From a virus (taxonomy: Duplodnaviria; Caudoviricetes): a DNA stretch of 36,074 bases. The position numbers and the translations under genes were made by a program. The stretch covers positions 1-36,074 of the IMG/VR virus record IMGVR_UViG_3300025018_000322. The stretch is one strand, 5' to 3'. The notes beneath the pieces are model-generated. The model did not search any database and was not told where the DNA came from. It saw only the letters and a list, made by a program, of their open reading frames with translations. Shown one piece after another: positions 19,001 to 27,616 of this stretch (positions within the stretch are counted from its first letter, which is position 1; each line of letters opens with the position of its first letter).

Positions 19001-21676
19001 ATAAAAGACTCCGCTATTACTAAGAAGTACCCACAATCATCAGCACAGACTATTCTAAAATACAAGAGTGAAACTCGTAACCTTTACGATTCCCTACTTG
19101 AACGCATTAACACTGAACGGATTAAGTTCGGCAAACAGCCTATCGAGGGACGAAAGGACTACATCACACACCTTCAGGAACTAAACAACAAGACCTCATT
19201 TACTGGTGAAGTTGCTCGAAGTATGCGAAACAGCTTCGTAGATGATGGACGTCAGACAACCCGTGGCGGTGTACCTGGTTCAATTGCTGGACGAACAGAG
19301 AACTTTAAACCAACTTCAAGCTATAACCCATTCTTGCAACGAAGGACTGGCACAAAGTCTCTCAGAGACCCATTCCTAGCCGTACAAGAGTACATTGAAC
19401 CTGCTTTATACAACATTCATATGACCGAGGCTACAGTACGAGCTAGAGCTGTCGAGGCGGCCTTTAGAACCGCAGCGCAACTACGAGAAATGAACCTAAC
19501 AGACGTCACTAAATACACAGACGACTTCTTGAAGAAATATAAAGATGCTGGAGCAGACGGCCGACTCGTAGCTGGTTTCCAAGAATACGCCAATGCTCTC
19601 GCAAAGAAGACCCAACGGTGGGATCGTCAAGTTATTGACTCAAGCGCAAGTGCAGACCTTGGGGTGCGTGGCTGGCAAGGTTTGCAAAGGGCTGGTGGCG
19701 CAGCAACTATTGTAGGTAACGTCAGCTCTGTCTTGGCGCAACCCCTTAACCAAGTCATTGGCCTTTCAGATGTAGGCGTAAAGAACTACCTATCAGGCAT
19801 TGCACGCTCTATAGGGCGAGACAAGGCTATTAAACAATCAGACTTCATTACCGCACGAAGGACTATCGCAGATAAGCCGATTACTCCCGCAACAGAGAGA
19901 ATCATAAACGCAGGTGGCGTACCACTACAAAAAGTGGAAATGGCGTCTATTGAGATTCTATGGAACTCACAACACGCTAAGGCGCTCTCTAAGGGCTTAA
20001 AGGGGCAAAAGGCGATACGTGAGGCGGACATGAACACAGAACGCCTCGTAGCGGGTCGTGGCATCGCAGACCGACCAGAATTATACCGAAGCACGCTTGC
20101 CAACGGTTTCTTGCAGTATACGCTTGAAGTTTCTGCTCAAAACAAAGCATTTTGGAAAGACCTTACACTGGGTCAAAAGGCTACCTTTCTAGTTGCGGCC
20201 GCTGGTGTAAACATGGTTTATTCTAAAGTTACTGGGTACGAACCACTCCCAGACTTCCTCAAAGCAGCCACAGACACTGGTGCAGACTTTATGGCCGAAG
20301 ACGATGAACGAAATATAGGCGATAAAGCCTTTGCAGCGGCGCAACGATTTGGTGGTGAGGTCGTAGGCATGAACCCTCTAGGGTCTGCTATTGCCAACGC
20401 AGGACTCGACCAGTATCAGCGTAAAGCGGTATTTGGTGATGAAAGCTCTCTTGGTAGATTCGAGGGTACGGCAGCACCTGTTCAGTTTATACGCAACGCC
20501 CAAAGCGGAGTACAGAACCTTTTTGAAGGCGATATGACCGAAGCTCGTAATGATTTCCTAAGAACTGTACCGTTTGGTAACCAGGCTCGCAAGACAATAA
20601 CCGGCGCTGAATCTCTCGACAAGGGATACGCCGTTGATCGTAGCGGAAATGCCACTTTTGCAGCTCCAGACGACTTTTACGGTCAGATGCAAGCACTTCT
20701 TTTTGGGCCTTCAGCGACAGGTAGCGCCCAAGAATACTACAATGGGAACAACCGAGGACTGTCTGAAAAGAAAACTGCTGTACTTGACGCCCTTCCAAAA
20801 GAGCAACGCAAAGAATACCTCGATATATTACGAGACAAATCAACTACTGAACAGTCAGAAGTTCTTGCTCAACTCGAAAAAGACACCGCCCAAAATCAAC
20901 TAGAGTTTGAAAAGTCATTCTCTCCTGAAGACTGGCAACTTTACGACACCACAAAGGCACAACGAGAAGCCCTTGTGAACGCAGGGTCTGTTGACGAGGA
21001 CAAGCTAAAGAGTCTTGATAGTTACGCAGACAAGATTAAAAGAGAGCTAGGCATGGATGTCACTGGCGGTATAGGTGAGACAAACTTAGACAGTGAAACA
21101 CCTGCTTATAAGTTCCTCGACACCCTACCTGATATGTCAGATGAAGAAAAGACCGACTGGAGAAACCAACAGGTTAGCGAAGAATATACTTCACTTATTT
21201 CACAAGCAAATGAGGCGGCTCAAAAGAACGACCTACCAGAACTCCCTGCGACTAACTCGGTTGCCGAGCTATACTCTAAGTTTCAGCAGAAACGAGCAGA
21301 CAACGATTGGTCTGACCTGCAGGAACAAAAAGAAACCACTAAACTATATTCAGAGATGTACGACACCTATCTTTCAGATAACGAGCAGTTTATTGCTTCA
21401 ATGTCAGATACCGCTATCTTAGAAGCAGCCGAAGCCGGGCAAGTACAGCAATCAGAAATAGACAACATTATTGCCATTGATGATATCAGGGTAAAGCTAG
21501 GACTTAGTCCACGTATTGGAAAGAAGGCAAGAGCCGCGCTCGGGTACGCATCCGCAAGCAGTTCGTCTAGTGGTACAAAAGGCAGTCGGAAGTCTTACAA
21601 GCTATACGCTTTCGGTGACCCATCACAGTCCACAACAAGCAATTTACGTAAACTCATTGAACAAGCACAGCTATGA
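16001..21676 (+). CDS. Large ejection / polyvalent protein (1891 aa)
   Basis: AGGAGG RBS; G/A-rich hydrophobic stretch around aa 270-380, helical body, C-terminal QALLFGP..T..AQEYY; no tail tube or tape-measure context. Confidence 0.75.
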   Translation: MAYSLRPDRFRDELETYKPRVATTSVAPVQQQVASTAQPYSFKQRDDKGFDFFKGNQKTTIEDYAKGIGRETSEIRGALAGAEDKQSQEILTKRYYEKQPEVQKFNQSDVYDQRKRLSELQGLAGRTEFNSQKDIDNAKWAQGQLSAIEQAGKNQAGNPITFLQYMVGLSADTYGRLAQGGGRALDEFTVGSQRKLDDSRIKNIESMNQMRNQLIQRYSQGPVVGNVTERMSPQDRQLYEGLTERLAAQQATVNATSQKIQDEADPVKYAAAAGTAVLDLATLGAGSKLLTTAARGLVPGATQTGSKLLNFGQTVLAPQGIKQGLTSYATLGFGYGTAGTAEQLGSQATLGDYAMGGATGALLGSALGTAVPTAAKLFNAGRTALGKTGTKAQRMIDIDNQARTAAQEYSRELAQADPRVVNALETAQTKTAQANQLIDRGLSPNSPDVRLLQREAQQATQFADDTANRIANEQYQQQYNTFAKQLETEARGSDRRAGVEELRDINREVRQLVPGGTLDAPLGRTPRVLTEEQYLAQNGASFMDGAEPALQQNRIPTKRGQSDAVNSAMGRMSENNARREALRAEYKTKIASGEIVEPSSIERLIERANGLPENESTQAARRLLEKRGINLKDVIGSKTPKTARVWVKSKFSDKGGYSDYPIIRQEDNITLYQGGKANDNRQFWTPNRKYAEQFGDVREKTGSFYKIDNGNKLTDVYVEVAKSGDTPTTPSRLSRDTSPEAPTNQQGQNTPQRQLSEDLPQEVKTRLNTLADTSQRTPNAYNDTLNTPLGEVLGDLRMDATNKMPDWNAPAASARSNSAQRLADDLNQNQKLNKAAADAQQSGEEINFYAKKDKNDRSVGIERFDPRTQKIESGFVTDRDGNVLGNHIKVDKTGIQVNVGGELINMERVLGDASQWKGKYRVGETISRNIDSNAPSKEVADATKDFLVANKRAAESKYKTELKKTYDELGERIDTVKSARPSGVSKKDFNENIFALLNGDIKDSAITKKYPQSSAQTILKYKSETRNLYDSLLERINTERIKFGKQPIEGRKDYITHLQELNNKTSFTGEVARSMRNSFVDDGRQTTRGGVPGSIAGRTENFKPTSSYNPFLQRRTGTKSLRDPFLAVQEYIEPALYNIHMTEATVRARAVEAAFRTAAQLREMNLTDVTKYTDDFLKKYKDAGADGRLVAGFQEYANALAKKTQRWDRQVIDSSASADLGVRGWQGLQRAGGAATIVGNVSSVLAQPLNQVIGLSDVGVKNYLSGIARSIGRDKAIKQSDFITARRTIADKPITPATERIINAGGVPLQKVEMASIEILWNSQHAKALSKGLKGQKAIREADMNTERLVAGRGIADRPELYRSTLANGFLQYTLEVSAQNKAFWKDLTLGQKATFLVAAAGVNMVYSKVTGYEPLPDFLKAATDTGADFMAEDDERNIGDKAFAAAQRFGGEVVGMNPLGSAIANAGLDQYQRKAVFGDESSLGRFEGTAAPVQFIRNAQSGVQNLFEGDMTEARNDFLRTVPFGNQARKTITGAESLDKGYAVDRSGNATFAAPDDFYGQMQALLFGPSATGSAQEYYNGNNRGLSEKKTAVLDALPKEQRKEYLDILRDKSTTEQSEVLAQLEKDTAQNQLEFEKSFSPEDWQLYDTTKAQREALVNAGSVDEDKLKSLDSYADKIKRELGMDVTGGIGETNLDSETPAYKFLDTLPDMSDEEKTDWRNQQVSEEYTSLISQANEAAQKNDLPELPATNSVAELYSKFQQKRADNDWSDLQEQKETTKLYSEMYDTYLSDNEQFIASMSDTAILEAAEAGQVQQSEIDNIIAIDDIRVKLGLSPRIGKKARAALGYASASSSSSGTKGSRKSYKLYAFGDPSQSTTSNLRKLIEQAQL

Positions 21677-21743
21677 TGTATAATAATAAACAGACGACAA
21701 ACCGTACCATCGAACTCGTTAGCGAAAACGCAAGGAGATTTCG

Positions 21744-22619
21744 ATGGAACTAGAAACAGCTTTAACTAAAATATCATATGCCATAAGGGGTCTTGATGAT
21801 GATGCACCAAGTTTTGGTGACGCAGAGGCCGTTTATTGGCTATCTATTTTAAATGACAAAAAAGACGAACTATACAGCAATCCAAATATAAGTTGGGACG
21901 TATCTTTTAAATCAACGCAACCCGATGAAGTAGGCACGGTGTCTACGGCGGGTGGAACGACCCTTACGGGAACTGGGACTTATTTCACTGATTATAAGGC
22001 GGGGGACACCATCCTCGTATCTGGTGAGACAGTCCGAACAATTGACAGTATCGCTTCGGACACTTCACTAGAAGTCACGGTGGCGTTCTCGAATACCGCA
22101 TCAGAACTTACCTTTACTCGTCAACCCATTATAGAGGCGGGCGTGCAGTCTTACTCTATCAACCGCAACCTTATCAACCCAAGTGACAACGTAAATGTTG
22201 TGGCCGACCAAACACGATACTTTGAGTTTGTTATACCAGCGGGGCGAGAAGATACAGAGCAAAAAGTCTATATTTCTGGGGTAAACCCGATGAAACTTAC
22301 CTTTACAAAGACAATAGACGCAACTGATGATATTGTCGATGGAGTATTAAATATCCCCGGTTATTATATGCCTAAGGATATTTCAGAACAGACAGACCTC
22401 CTACCGTTTTCAGACCCAAACTGGGGTATCATGGCAACCGCTGCACAGGTAGCTTTTAACGACATTGTATATGAAGACAAAGCCGGTGATCTACAGAACA
22501 AAGCCAATGACCTTTATAAACATATGATAAGGGCACAGCAAAAAGGTACATACCAGCGTGGCCGTCGCATTCCATATAACGTAAAAAACCGAATAATCAA
22601 CCCACGTAACGTTTACTAG
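21744..22619 (+). CDS. Head-tail adaptor with inserted beta domain
   Basis: Helical N- and C-termini flanking GTVSTAGGTTLTGTGTYFT..KAGDTI..TIDSIASDTSL insert; precedes nozzle. Confidence 0.6.
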   Translation: MELETALTKISYAIRGLDDDAPSFGDAEAVYWLSILNDKKDELYSNPNISWDVSFKSTQPDEVGTVSTAGGTTLTGTGTYFTDYKAGDTILVSGETVRTIDSIASDTSLEVTVAFSNTASELTFTRQPIIEAGVQSYSINRNLINPSDNVNVVADQTRYFEFVIPAGREDTEQKVYISGVNPMKLTFTKTIDATDDIVDGVLNIPGYYMPKDISEQTDLLPFSDPNWGIMATAAQVAFNDIVYEDKAGDLQNKANDLYKHMIRAQQKGTYQRGRRIPYNVKNRIINPRNVY

Positions 22620-22627
22620 GGGTCTTT

Positions 22628-24628
22628 ATGGCATATCAACTTAGTAACCAACGAAATAAACGAAAAGCCCGAAGAATTGTAAACATTCACCAGAATAAGT
22701 TTAACAAGGGCTACATTTCGACAATAGATAACTCTCGCCGACCAATCGAGAGCCTTTCTGATATGCAAAACATGGAGATTGTGCAGGACTTTGTGCCTCG
22801 CCCTCGACCGCCACTTGTGGCGTATGGCGACCAACCCCAGCTAGATGTTATTGGACGTGCCTTAACCCGCTATAACGGCACACGAAGTATTTACTGGGCG
22901 ATGGACGATTCCGGTACGGGCAAGTTGTATAAGCAAACAGACGGAGGGACAATATCAGCAACCCTTGGCGGAAGTTATGACGATGAGGCTTGGATGCAAG
23001 GTGTTCAGTCTAAGGCAAAACTATATGTCTACAACGGGGTTGATAACCTTTCATACGTAGACTTAACAGACGACTCAATTAACACCTATACAGCCCTCAC
23101 AACACCGTCAGCACCTTCAGTAACAATGAACGGCGCAACAAGCACAGGGTTCACCTATTACTACAGGATAACTGCCAACAACGAAGTCGGAGAGTCCATT
23201 GCCTCTGCCACGGGGTCAGATACGACAAACAAGAACCGTGACTCATGGATTGAAAATACAGACTTTATGGTGCTTACATGGTCAGCAGTCACAGACGCAA
23301 CAAGTTACACGGTATATGTAGGAGACGACCCTGCAAACTGTTATGAACTTTACACAGTAACGGGATTAACTTTTACAGACTACGGAACACTTGCCCCAAA
23401 CACCTTTAAGCTAGCTCCGGAGGGCAACTCTACTGAAGGTGCAATATTCACTTATATGTATGCTGATACAAAAAACTCTCAATTATTTGGAGTAACAGAA
23501 GATAACTACCTTTACTACTCTGCACCAGGAACGGGGGACTTCTCACCATATAATGGCGGTGGGTATGTGGGTATTGACGTAGACGGAGATACCCAACTTA
23601 ACTATGCTACAGGGTTCAGGAATGGTAAGGGTGATCCTGTTATCACGGTTTCGGCACGTGGCGCTGCTGGTAGGGGAAAGTTATATCACGTTACCTTCAG
23701 TAATTTAACTATAGGCGATCAAGTTATTGTTTATCCCGAAGTATACGAAGCCAACGGTCAATCGGGAACATACGCACCTAGGGCTACGGTGAAAGACGGA
23801 GATTCGATCTACTACCCGACAGGAATTGAGTTTAAATCAACAGGTACATCACAAAACATTGTAAACATTCTTACAACAGATAGCATTTCACAAGTCATCG
23901 AACCAGACACTATGAGGATTAGCCTTGACGCAATGAACAAAGCGGTAGGTGTTTCTTATCGTGATAGGATATACTTTGCACTTCCCGTTTCGTCAAGTGA
24001 AAATAACGAAATATGGTATCTTGACCGCTCACGCAAGAATCTATGGGTTCTTAGATGGACAGTCGCCGCCAAAGATATGTGGCTTTATGAAGACAACAAC
24101 GGCTTGACACACTTCTGCGTGCTTGTAGGAAATAGAGTGCTTGAGTTCACCCGTACAGGCGCACAGACCCACCAAGACGACGGGACACCGTTCACCTCTC
24201 GCCTTGCCTTTTCAAGCCTTAAATGGGACGACGACGGTATGATTTTGGGGTCGATTAGAAACCAATACTTTAAATTTCTATTTCCTAAGGGTTTGATTCA
24301 AGTAAACGCCACTGGACTCACAAGAGAGGGTGTATCTAACTCTGTAGGTTCAGACACCTTTACGGTCACCACCACTCCTACAGCCTGGGGTGAATACCAG
24401 TATGGCCCAGATTCGTTTACAGTTTCGGGTTCAGCCCATCAATATGGAGAAGCGGCGGGAACGATTAACTCATACGGCAAGAGTGTTGCGGTGCTTAAAA
24501 TTAAACCGAGGGGTCTCTTAAACCAACTGGACTGGGAGATAATTGGAGACACCGCAGGAACAGATTACACCTTGAGTGCAGTCAACACCAAGGGATTTGC
24601 ACTAGAAGACCTAGTACTTAAAGCATAA
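22628..24628 (+). CDS. Tail nozzle / DNA-stabilisation protein (P22 gp10 / T7 gp12 analogue)
   Basis: FNKG...MQNM..PRP N-terminus, propeller-like repeats, FN3-like insert YYYRITANNEVGES..LTWSAVTDATSYTVY. Confidence 0.7.
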   Translation: MAYQLSNQRNKRKARRIVNIHQNKFNKGYISTIDNSRRPIESLSDMQNMEIVQDFVPRPRPPLVAYGDQPQLDVIGRALTRYNGTRSIYWAMDDSGTGKLYKQTDGGTISATLGGSYDDEAWMQGVQSKAKLYVYNGVDNLSYVDLTDDSINTYTALTTPSAPSVTMNGATSTGFTYYYRITANNEVGESIASATGSDTTNKNRDSWIENTDFMVLTWSAVTDATSYTVYVGDDPANCYELYTVTGLTFTDYGTLAPNTFKLAPEGNSTEGAIFTYMYADTKNSQLFGVTEDNYLYYSAPGTGDFSPYNGGGYVGIDVDGDTQLNYATGFRNGKGDPVITVSARGAAGRGKLYHVTFSNLTIGDQVIVYPEVYEANGQSGTYAPRATVKDGDSIYYPTGIEFKSTGTSQNIVNILTTDSISQVIEPDTMRISLDAMNKAVGVSYRDRIYFALPVSSSENNEIWYLDRSRKNLWVLRWTVAAKDMWLYEDNNGLTHFCVLVGNRVLEFTRTGAQTHQDDGTPFTSRLAFSSLKWDDDGMILGSIRNQYFKFLFPKGLIQVNATGLTREGVSNSVGSDTFTVTTTPTAWGEYQYGPDSFTVSGSAHQYGEAAGTINSYGKSVAVLKIKPRGLLNQLDWEIIGDTAGTDYTLSAVNTKGFALEDLVLKA

Positions 24629-24649
24629 TTATTATAGAATGGAGACATC

Positions 24650-25537
24650 ATGGCAGCATCAGTAAACGATCAATTTATGAAAACAGGCGAGAACACCGCA
24701 ACAACCCTATCCGCACCGGGTCTTACGAGTGGTGGAACTTCTATCAACGTAGCTTCAACAACTAACTGGCCGACTGACACTAAAGTTACATTTGCAATCG
24801 ACTCAGTAACAACGGTTGCAGGAAAAGAAGTACAAACAGAAGGAACATATACAGAGTATGAAGGAATTGTTGCAAGCGGAACATCAATAACGAACATGAC
24901 TCTTGTTGAGGGCACAGCACAAAGCTATTCAGCAGGCTCTTCTACTCGTGTTTATATCCCGTTAAGCGCTTACCAAAATAACGAACTTGTAGACGGCTTA
25001 CTTGTCTCCCACAATCAGGATGGTACGCTAAAGGCCGACTCAGTAGATACCCAATCCGTTCAAGACGGTGCAGTAACTACAGCTAAGGTGGCAAACGATG
25101 CAGTAACTACAGGAAAAGTGGCAGACGGTGCAGTAACTACAGGAAAAATGGACTTAACTGATTACCCCGTGTTTTATAGGGAGTCAACAGCCAGTTATGA
25201 CGTGAATGCAGCGTCATTCGCTGCCACCGGGACATCTGCAAGTGTCGAAGTCCCAAGTTGGGCAACGTCAGCAGTTATTCAGGTTCAAGTTAGCGGTGCT
25301 TATCAAGTTAATACTTCAACCAGCGACTCAACCTTTAGGGTAACACTAGGAGGGACGGCAAGCACCGACTTCTACCACAGGAATAGTGGTTATGCGAATA
25401 ATGTCGTCGGAACTTGCTTGGTAACGTCTATGCCAACGGGGACGCAAACACTGGCCCTTCAGGCGTACAGAAACGGTGGCAGCGGATCCGTTCGACTAAA
25501 CGCCTCAGTTTTTAATGGTACTATATTTTTTAGGTAA
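24650..25537 (+). CDS. Tail fibre/spike protein
   Basis: T/S-rich; HNQDGTLK then DGAVTTAKVA repeats; C-terminal beta domain. Confidence 0.7.
   Translation: MAASVNDQFMKTGENTATTLSAPGLTSGGTSINVASTTNWPTDTKVTFAIDSVTTVAGKEVQTEGTYTEYEGIVASGTSITNMTLVEGTAQSYSAGSSTRVYIPLSAYQNNELVDGLLVSHNQDGTLKADSVDTQSVQDGAVTTAKVANDAVTTGKVADGAVTTGKMDLTDYPVFYRESTASYDVNAASFAATGTSASVEVPSWATSAVIQVQVSGAYQVNTSTSDSTFRVTLGGTASTDFYHRNSGYANNVVGTCLVTSMPTGTQTLALQAYRNGGSGSVRLNASVFNGTIFFR
25064..25147 (+). repeat. 30-bp coding tandem repeat (about 3 copies)
   Basis: TGCAGTAACTACAG recurs every 30 bp; DGAVTTAKVA/NDAVTTGKVA/DGAVTTGK. Confidence 0.9.
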
Positions 25538-25548
25538 TATCAGAAATA

Positions 25549-25806
25549 ATGAATAAAGACCAACACGACCCACCAAAGACCATACGAGAAGTCGGTATCC
25601 ACCTTTACAATATGAGTAGTGATATTTCTGATATAAAAGATTCTCTCAACAATACCCCGAACCGAACCGAGTTTGAAACCTTAAAGGGTAAAGTTATTGT
25701 CCTTGAAAGTACGCTTGATACCATTAAAAACAGAATTGTTGGTGGTGCTATTATTATCCTAGTCGGTCTTATACTCGCCCAATACGGGCTTAACACATAC
25801 TTTTAG
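25549..25806 (+). CDS. Holin-like coiled-coil + single TM protein
   Basis: C-terminal IVGGAIIILVGLILA; directly upstream of endolysin. Confidence 0.6.
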   Translation: MNKDQHDPPKTIREVGIHLYNMSSDISDIKDSLNNTPNRTEFETLKGKVIVLESTLDTIKNRIVGGAIIILVGLILAQYGLNTYF

Positions 25807-25813
25807 GAGTAAC

Positions 25814-26623
25814 ATGGCTATCCGAGTACCAGTAAACAACCCACGAATCACCCAAGGATTTGGGGCTAACCCTGCTTATTACAAGCAGTTTGGGCAGAAG
25901 GGTCATAACGGCATAGATTACGGTCAAAATACCGGCACTACTATTTACGCTGCTGAATCAGGAACTATTTATTTTGAAGGGTTTGGTCAGAATAACGCAT
26001 GGCTTGGAGCGGTTGCTGGAATCTCTGTTTTAATAGACCACGGCAAGTTCTACACAGGATACGCTCATATGCAGAATACTGTAATCAATAGAGGCCAGAA
26101 GGTATCGAAAGGGCAAGTCATCGGCTACGTTGGAGCTACAGGAACAGCCACAGGACCGCATTTGCACTTTGAAGTCCTACCTAAACCAGTTAATATAAAT
26201 AACGGATACTACGGCAGGACTAACCCTGCACCGTACTTCCTAGAGGAGAATAAGACAGTGGACAAGAACGACCTAAACTATATTTATCAATACGGACCCT
26301 TAGGACGAAAGAGGGGCGCTGGAGAAGGCGAAGATGTCTACTTAGGTAAGACAGCATCTTTTGTTATAAATGACCACGCTAACAGTGCAGAGGGTAAAGC
26401 CAGGGCTAAGGCTATTGCAGATGCTTTCAAGCGACCAGAGACAGTCGTCAAGGAAGTCGTCGTCACCAAAGAAGTACCAGTAGAAGTAGAGAAAATTGTT
26501 GAAGTGGAAGTCGAGGTGATTGTAGAGAAGGAAGTCATTAAAGAGGTAAACACCAACGATGATGACCGCACCTTTGGCGACCTTTTTATGTCCGCAATGG
26601 CTAAACTTTTCCGCATCAAATGA
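25814..26623 (+). CDS. Endolysin, M23 peptidase
   Basis: HNGID, YAHM, GATGTATGPHLHFEV; C-terminal V/E/K repeats. Confidence 0.9.
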   Translation: MAIRVPVNNPRITQGFGANPAYYKQFGQKGHNGIDYGQNTGTTIYAAESGTIYFEGFGQNNAWLGAVAGISVLIDHGKFYTGYAHMQNTVINRGQKVSKGQVIGYVGATGTATGPHLHFEVLPKPVNINNGYYGRTNPAPYFLEENKTVDKNDLNYIYQYGPLGRKRGAGEGEDVYLGKTASFVINDHANSAEGKARAKAIADAFKRPETVVKEVVVTKEVPVEVEKIVEVEVEVIVEKEVIKEVNTNDDDRTFGDLFMSAMAKLFRIK

Positions 26624-26700
26624 TATAATGTAATTGTAAAGAGGAGATAATACACAAAGCGGTCAAGAATCAAAACTTGATATAAAACACTTTGTACGTT

Positions 26701-26808
26701 ATGAGTAAAACCAATTCGTTAGACAAGTTCAGTATAGGGTTCGAGTACGACAGGACACTTGCCGAAATTAAACGAAACATCAAGGCGAGGACTTATGCGG
26801 AGTCTTAA
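26701..26808 (+). CDS. Possible 35-aa peptide
   Basis: MSKTNSLDKFSIGFEYDRTLAEIKRNIKARTYAES*; between two TGATATAAT boxes; no clear SD. Confidence 0.3.
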   Translation: MSKTNSLDKFSIGFEYDRTLAEIKRNIKARTYAES

Positions 26809-26851
26809 CCAACTACAAGATGATATAATTCCATATATAAAGGAGAAGAAG

Positions 26852-27103
26852 ATGAGCAAAACATTTGAGGCACTAAAAGCCTTAGACTACAAAGACATAG
26901 CTACAAGGGCGCTTTGGACGTTCATACAGGCCTTCCTAGCCACTTCTCTGCTAGCACTTGAGCAATTAGTCGATTTATTGTTCCTAGGCGACTGGGACAG
27001 CTTATACGCCCTCGGAGTTGTGACTGCGGTTGCAGGAGTCGCAGCCGGACTTTCAGCGGTTAAGACTATAATCGTTCAGACTATACGTTCTATAAAAGCC
27101 TGA
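26852..27103 (+). CDS. Holin (r1t-like, two TM)
   Basis: AAGGAG before MSKTF; RALWTFIQAFLA and AVAGVAAGLSAVK. Confidence 0.7.
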   Translation: MSKTFEALKALDYKDIATRALWTFIQAFLATSLLALEQLVDLLFLGDWDSLYALGVVTAVAGVAAGLSAVKTIIVQTIRSIKA

Positions 27104-27115
27104 TATAATGTAAGC

Positions 27116-27220
27116 GTGCCGTTGGGACACCACTACGTTCGTGTGAGACTTCGGTCACTCTCAATTGCACATGAACGGCAGTAGCAGAATATAAACCTTC
27201 GTACATGCGAGGGTTTTCTG
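27116..27220 (+). ncRNA. Structured small RNA 1 (pseudoknot) with own promoter and terminator
   Basis: TGATATAAT 27101-27109; P1 27116-27127/27159-27170, P2 27136-27142/27171-27177, UUCG hairpin; terminator 27194-27217. Confidence 0.65.
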
Positions 27221-27233
27221 TTATAATAAAATA

Positions 27234-27326
27234 GCGTATCGAGGCACAGAACACCGTTCATTCTCACCTCGTAGATATGCGTGAACGGCAGAATATAGCA
27301 CCCGTAATATACGGGTGTTTCTGTTT
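27234..27326 (+). ncRNA. Structured small RNA 2 (same pseudoknot topology)
   Basis: TGTTATAAT 27219-27227; P1 27234-27244/27267-27280, P2 27254-27261/27281-27288; terminator GCACCCGTA-ATA-TACGGGTGT-TTCTGTTT. Confidence 0.65.
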
Positions 27327-27361
27327 AGTACAAGTGCTAGTACAAGTCATGACACAAGTGC
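27326..27361 (+). repeat. Three imperfect 12-bp tandem repeats abutting a -10 box
   Basis: TAGTACAAGTGC TAGTACAAGTCA TGACACAAGTGC then TATAAT. Confidence 0.8.
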
Positions 27362-27373
27362 TATAATATAAAT

Positions 27374-27556
27374 ATCCGATAAGTTCACTGGAAACATAAC
27401 TGTCGGGGCAATTCTCGTGCAGAGATTTGGTTGTACGTCAGGGCGTCAGCCCTATGGAGCATTTATTGTCCCCTGCCCATAAAAGACTAGGGTATAAGAC
27501 TCGCGCAGGTTACCAATGAAAGACCTGCACCAAAGCACCTTCGGGTGTTTTTCTGT
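27374..27556 (+). ncRNA. Multi-stem small RNA 3 (~180 nt)
   Basis: TGCTATAAT 27359-27367; several stems; terminator AGCACC-TTCG-GGTGTT-TTTCT at 27534-27554; no convincing ORF. Confidence 0.6.
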
Positions 27557-27616
27557 TATTTTGCTTAAATTATTTGACGCATATGTTACAATAAAAACAT
27601 AACCATAAGGGCATAC

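Noticed and set aside
21690-21740. Resemblance of GACAAACC...ACGCAAG to a c-di-GMP-I riboswitch
   Set aside because: P2 GNRA/receptor arrangement and P3 are not present.
25064-25147. 30-bp repeats as CRISPR or DGR template/variable repeats
   Set aside because: No spacers, in-frame fibre peptide repeat, no reverse transcriptase or cas genes.
1105-26673. Numerous minus-strand and alternate-frame ORFs in the track (e.g. 3887-4306, 8383-8841, 8490-8960, 15905-16339, 26338-26673)
   Set aside because: Shadows of well-supported, translationally coupled + strand genes; no RBS or recognisable motifs.
27116-27326. RNAs 1 and 2 as HDV-like ribozymes, tRNAs or a mini-CRISPR array
   Set aside because: No room for HDV P3/L3 in copy 2, no cloverleaf or T-loop, and the shared sequence is too short and structured for repeat-spacer units.
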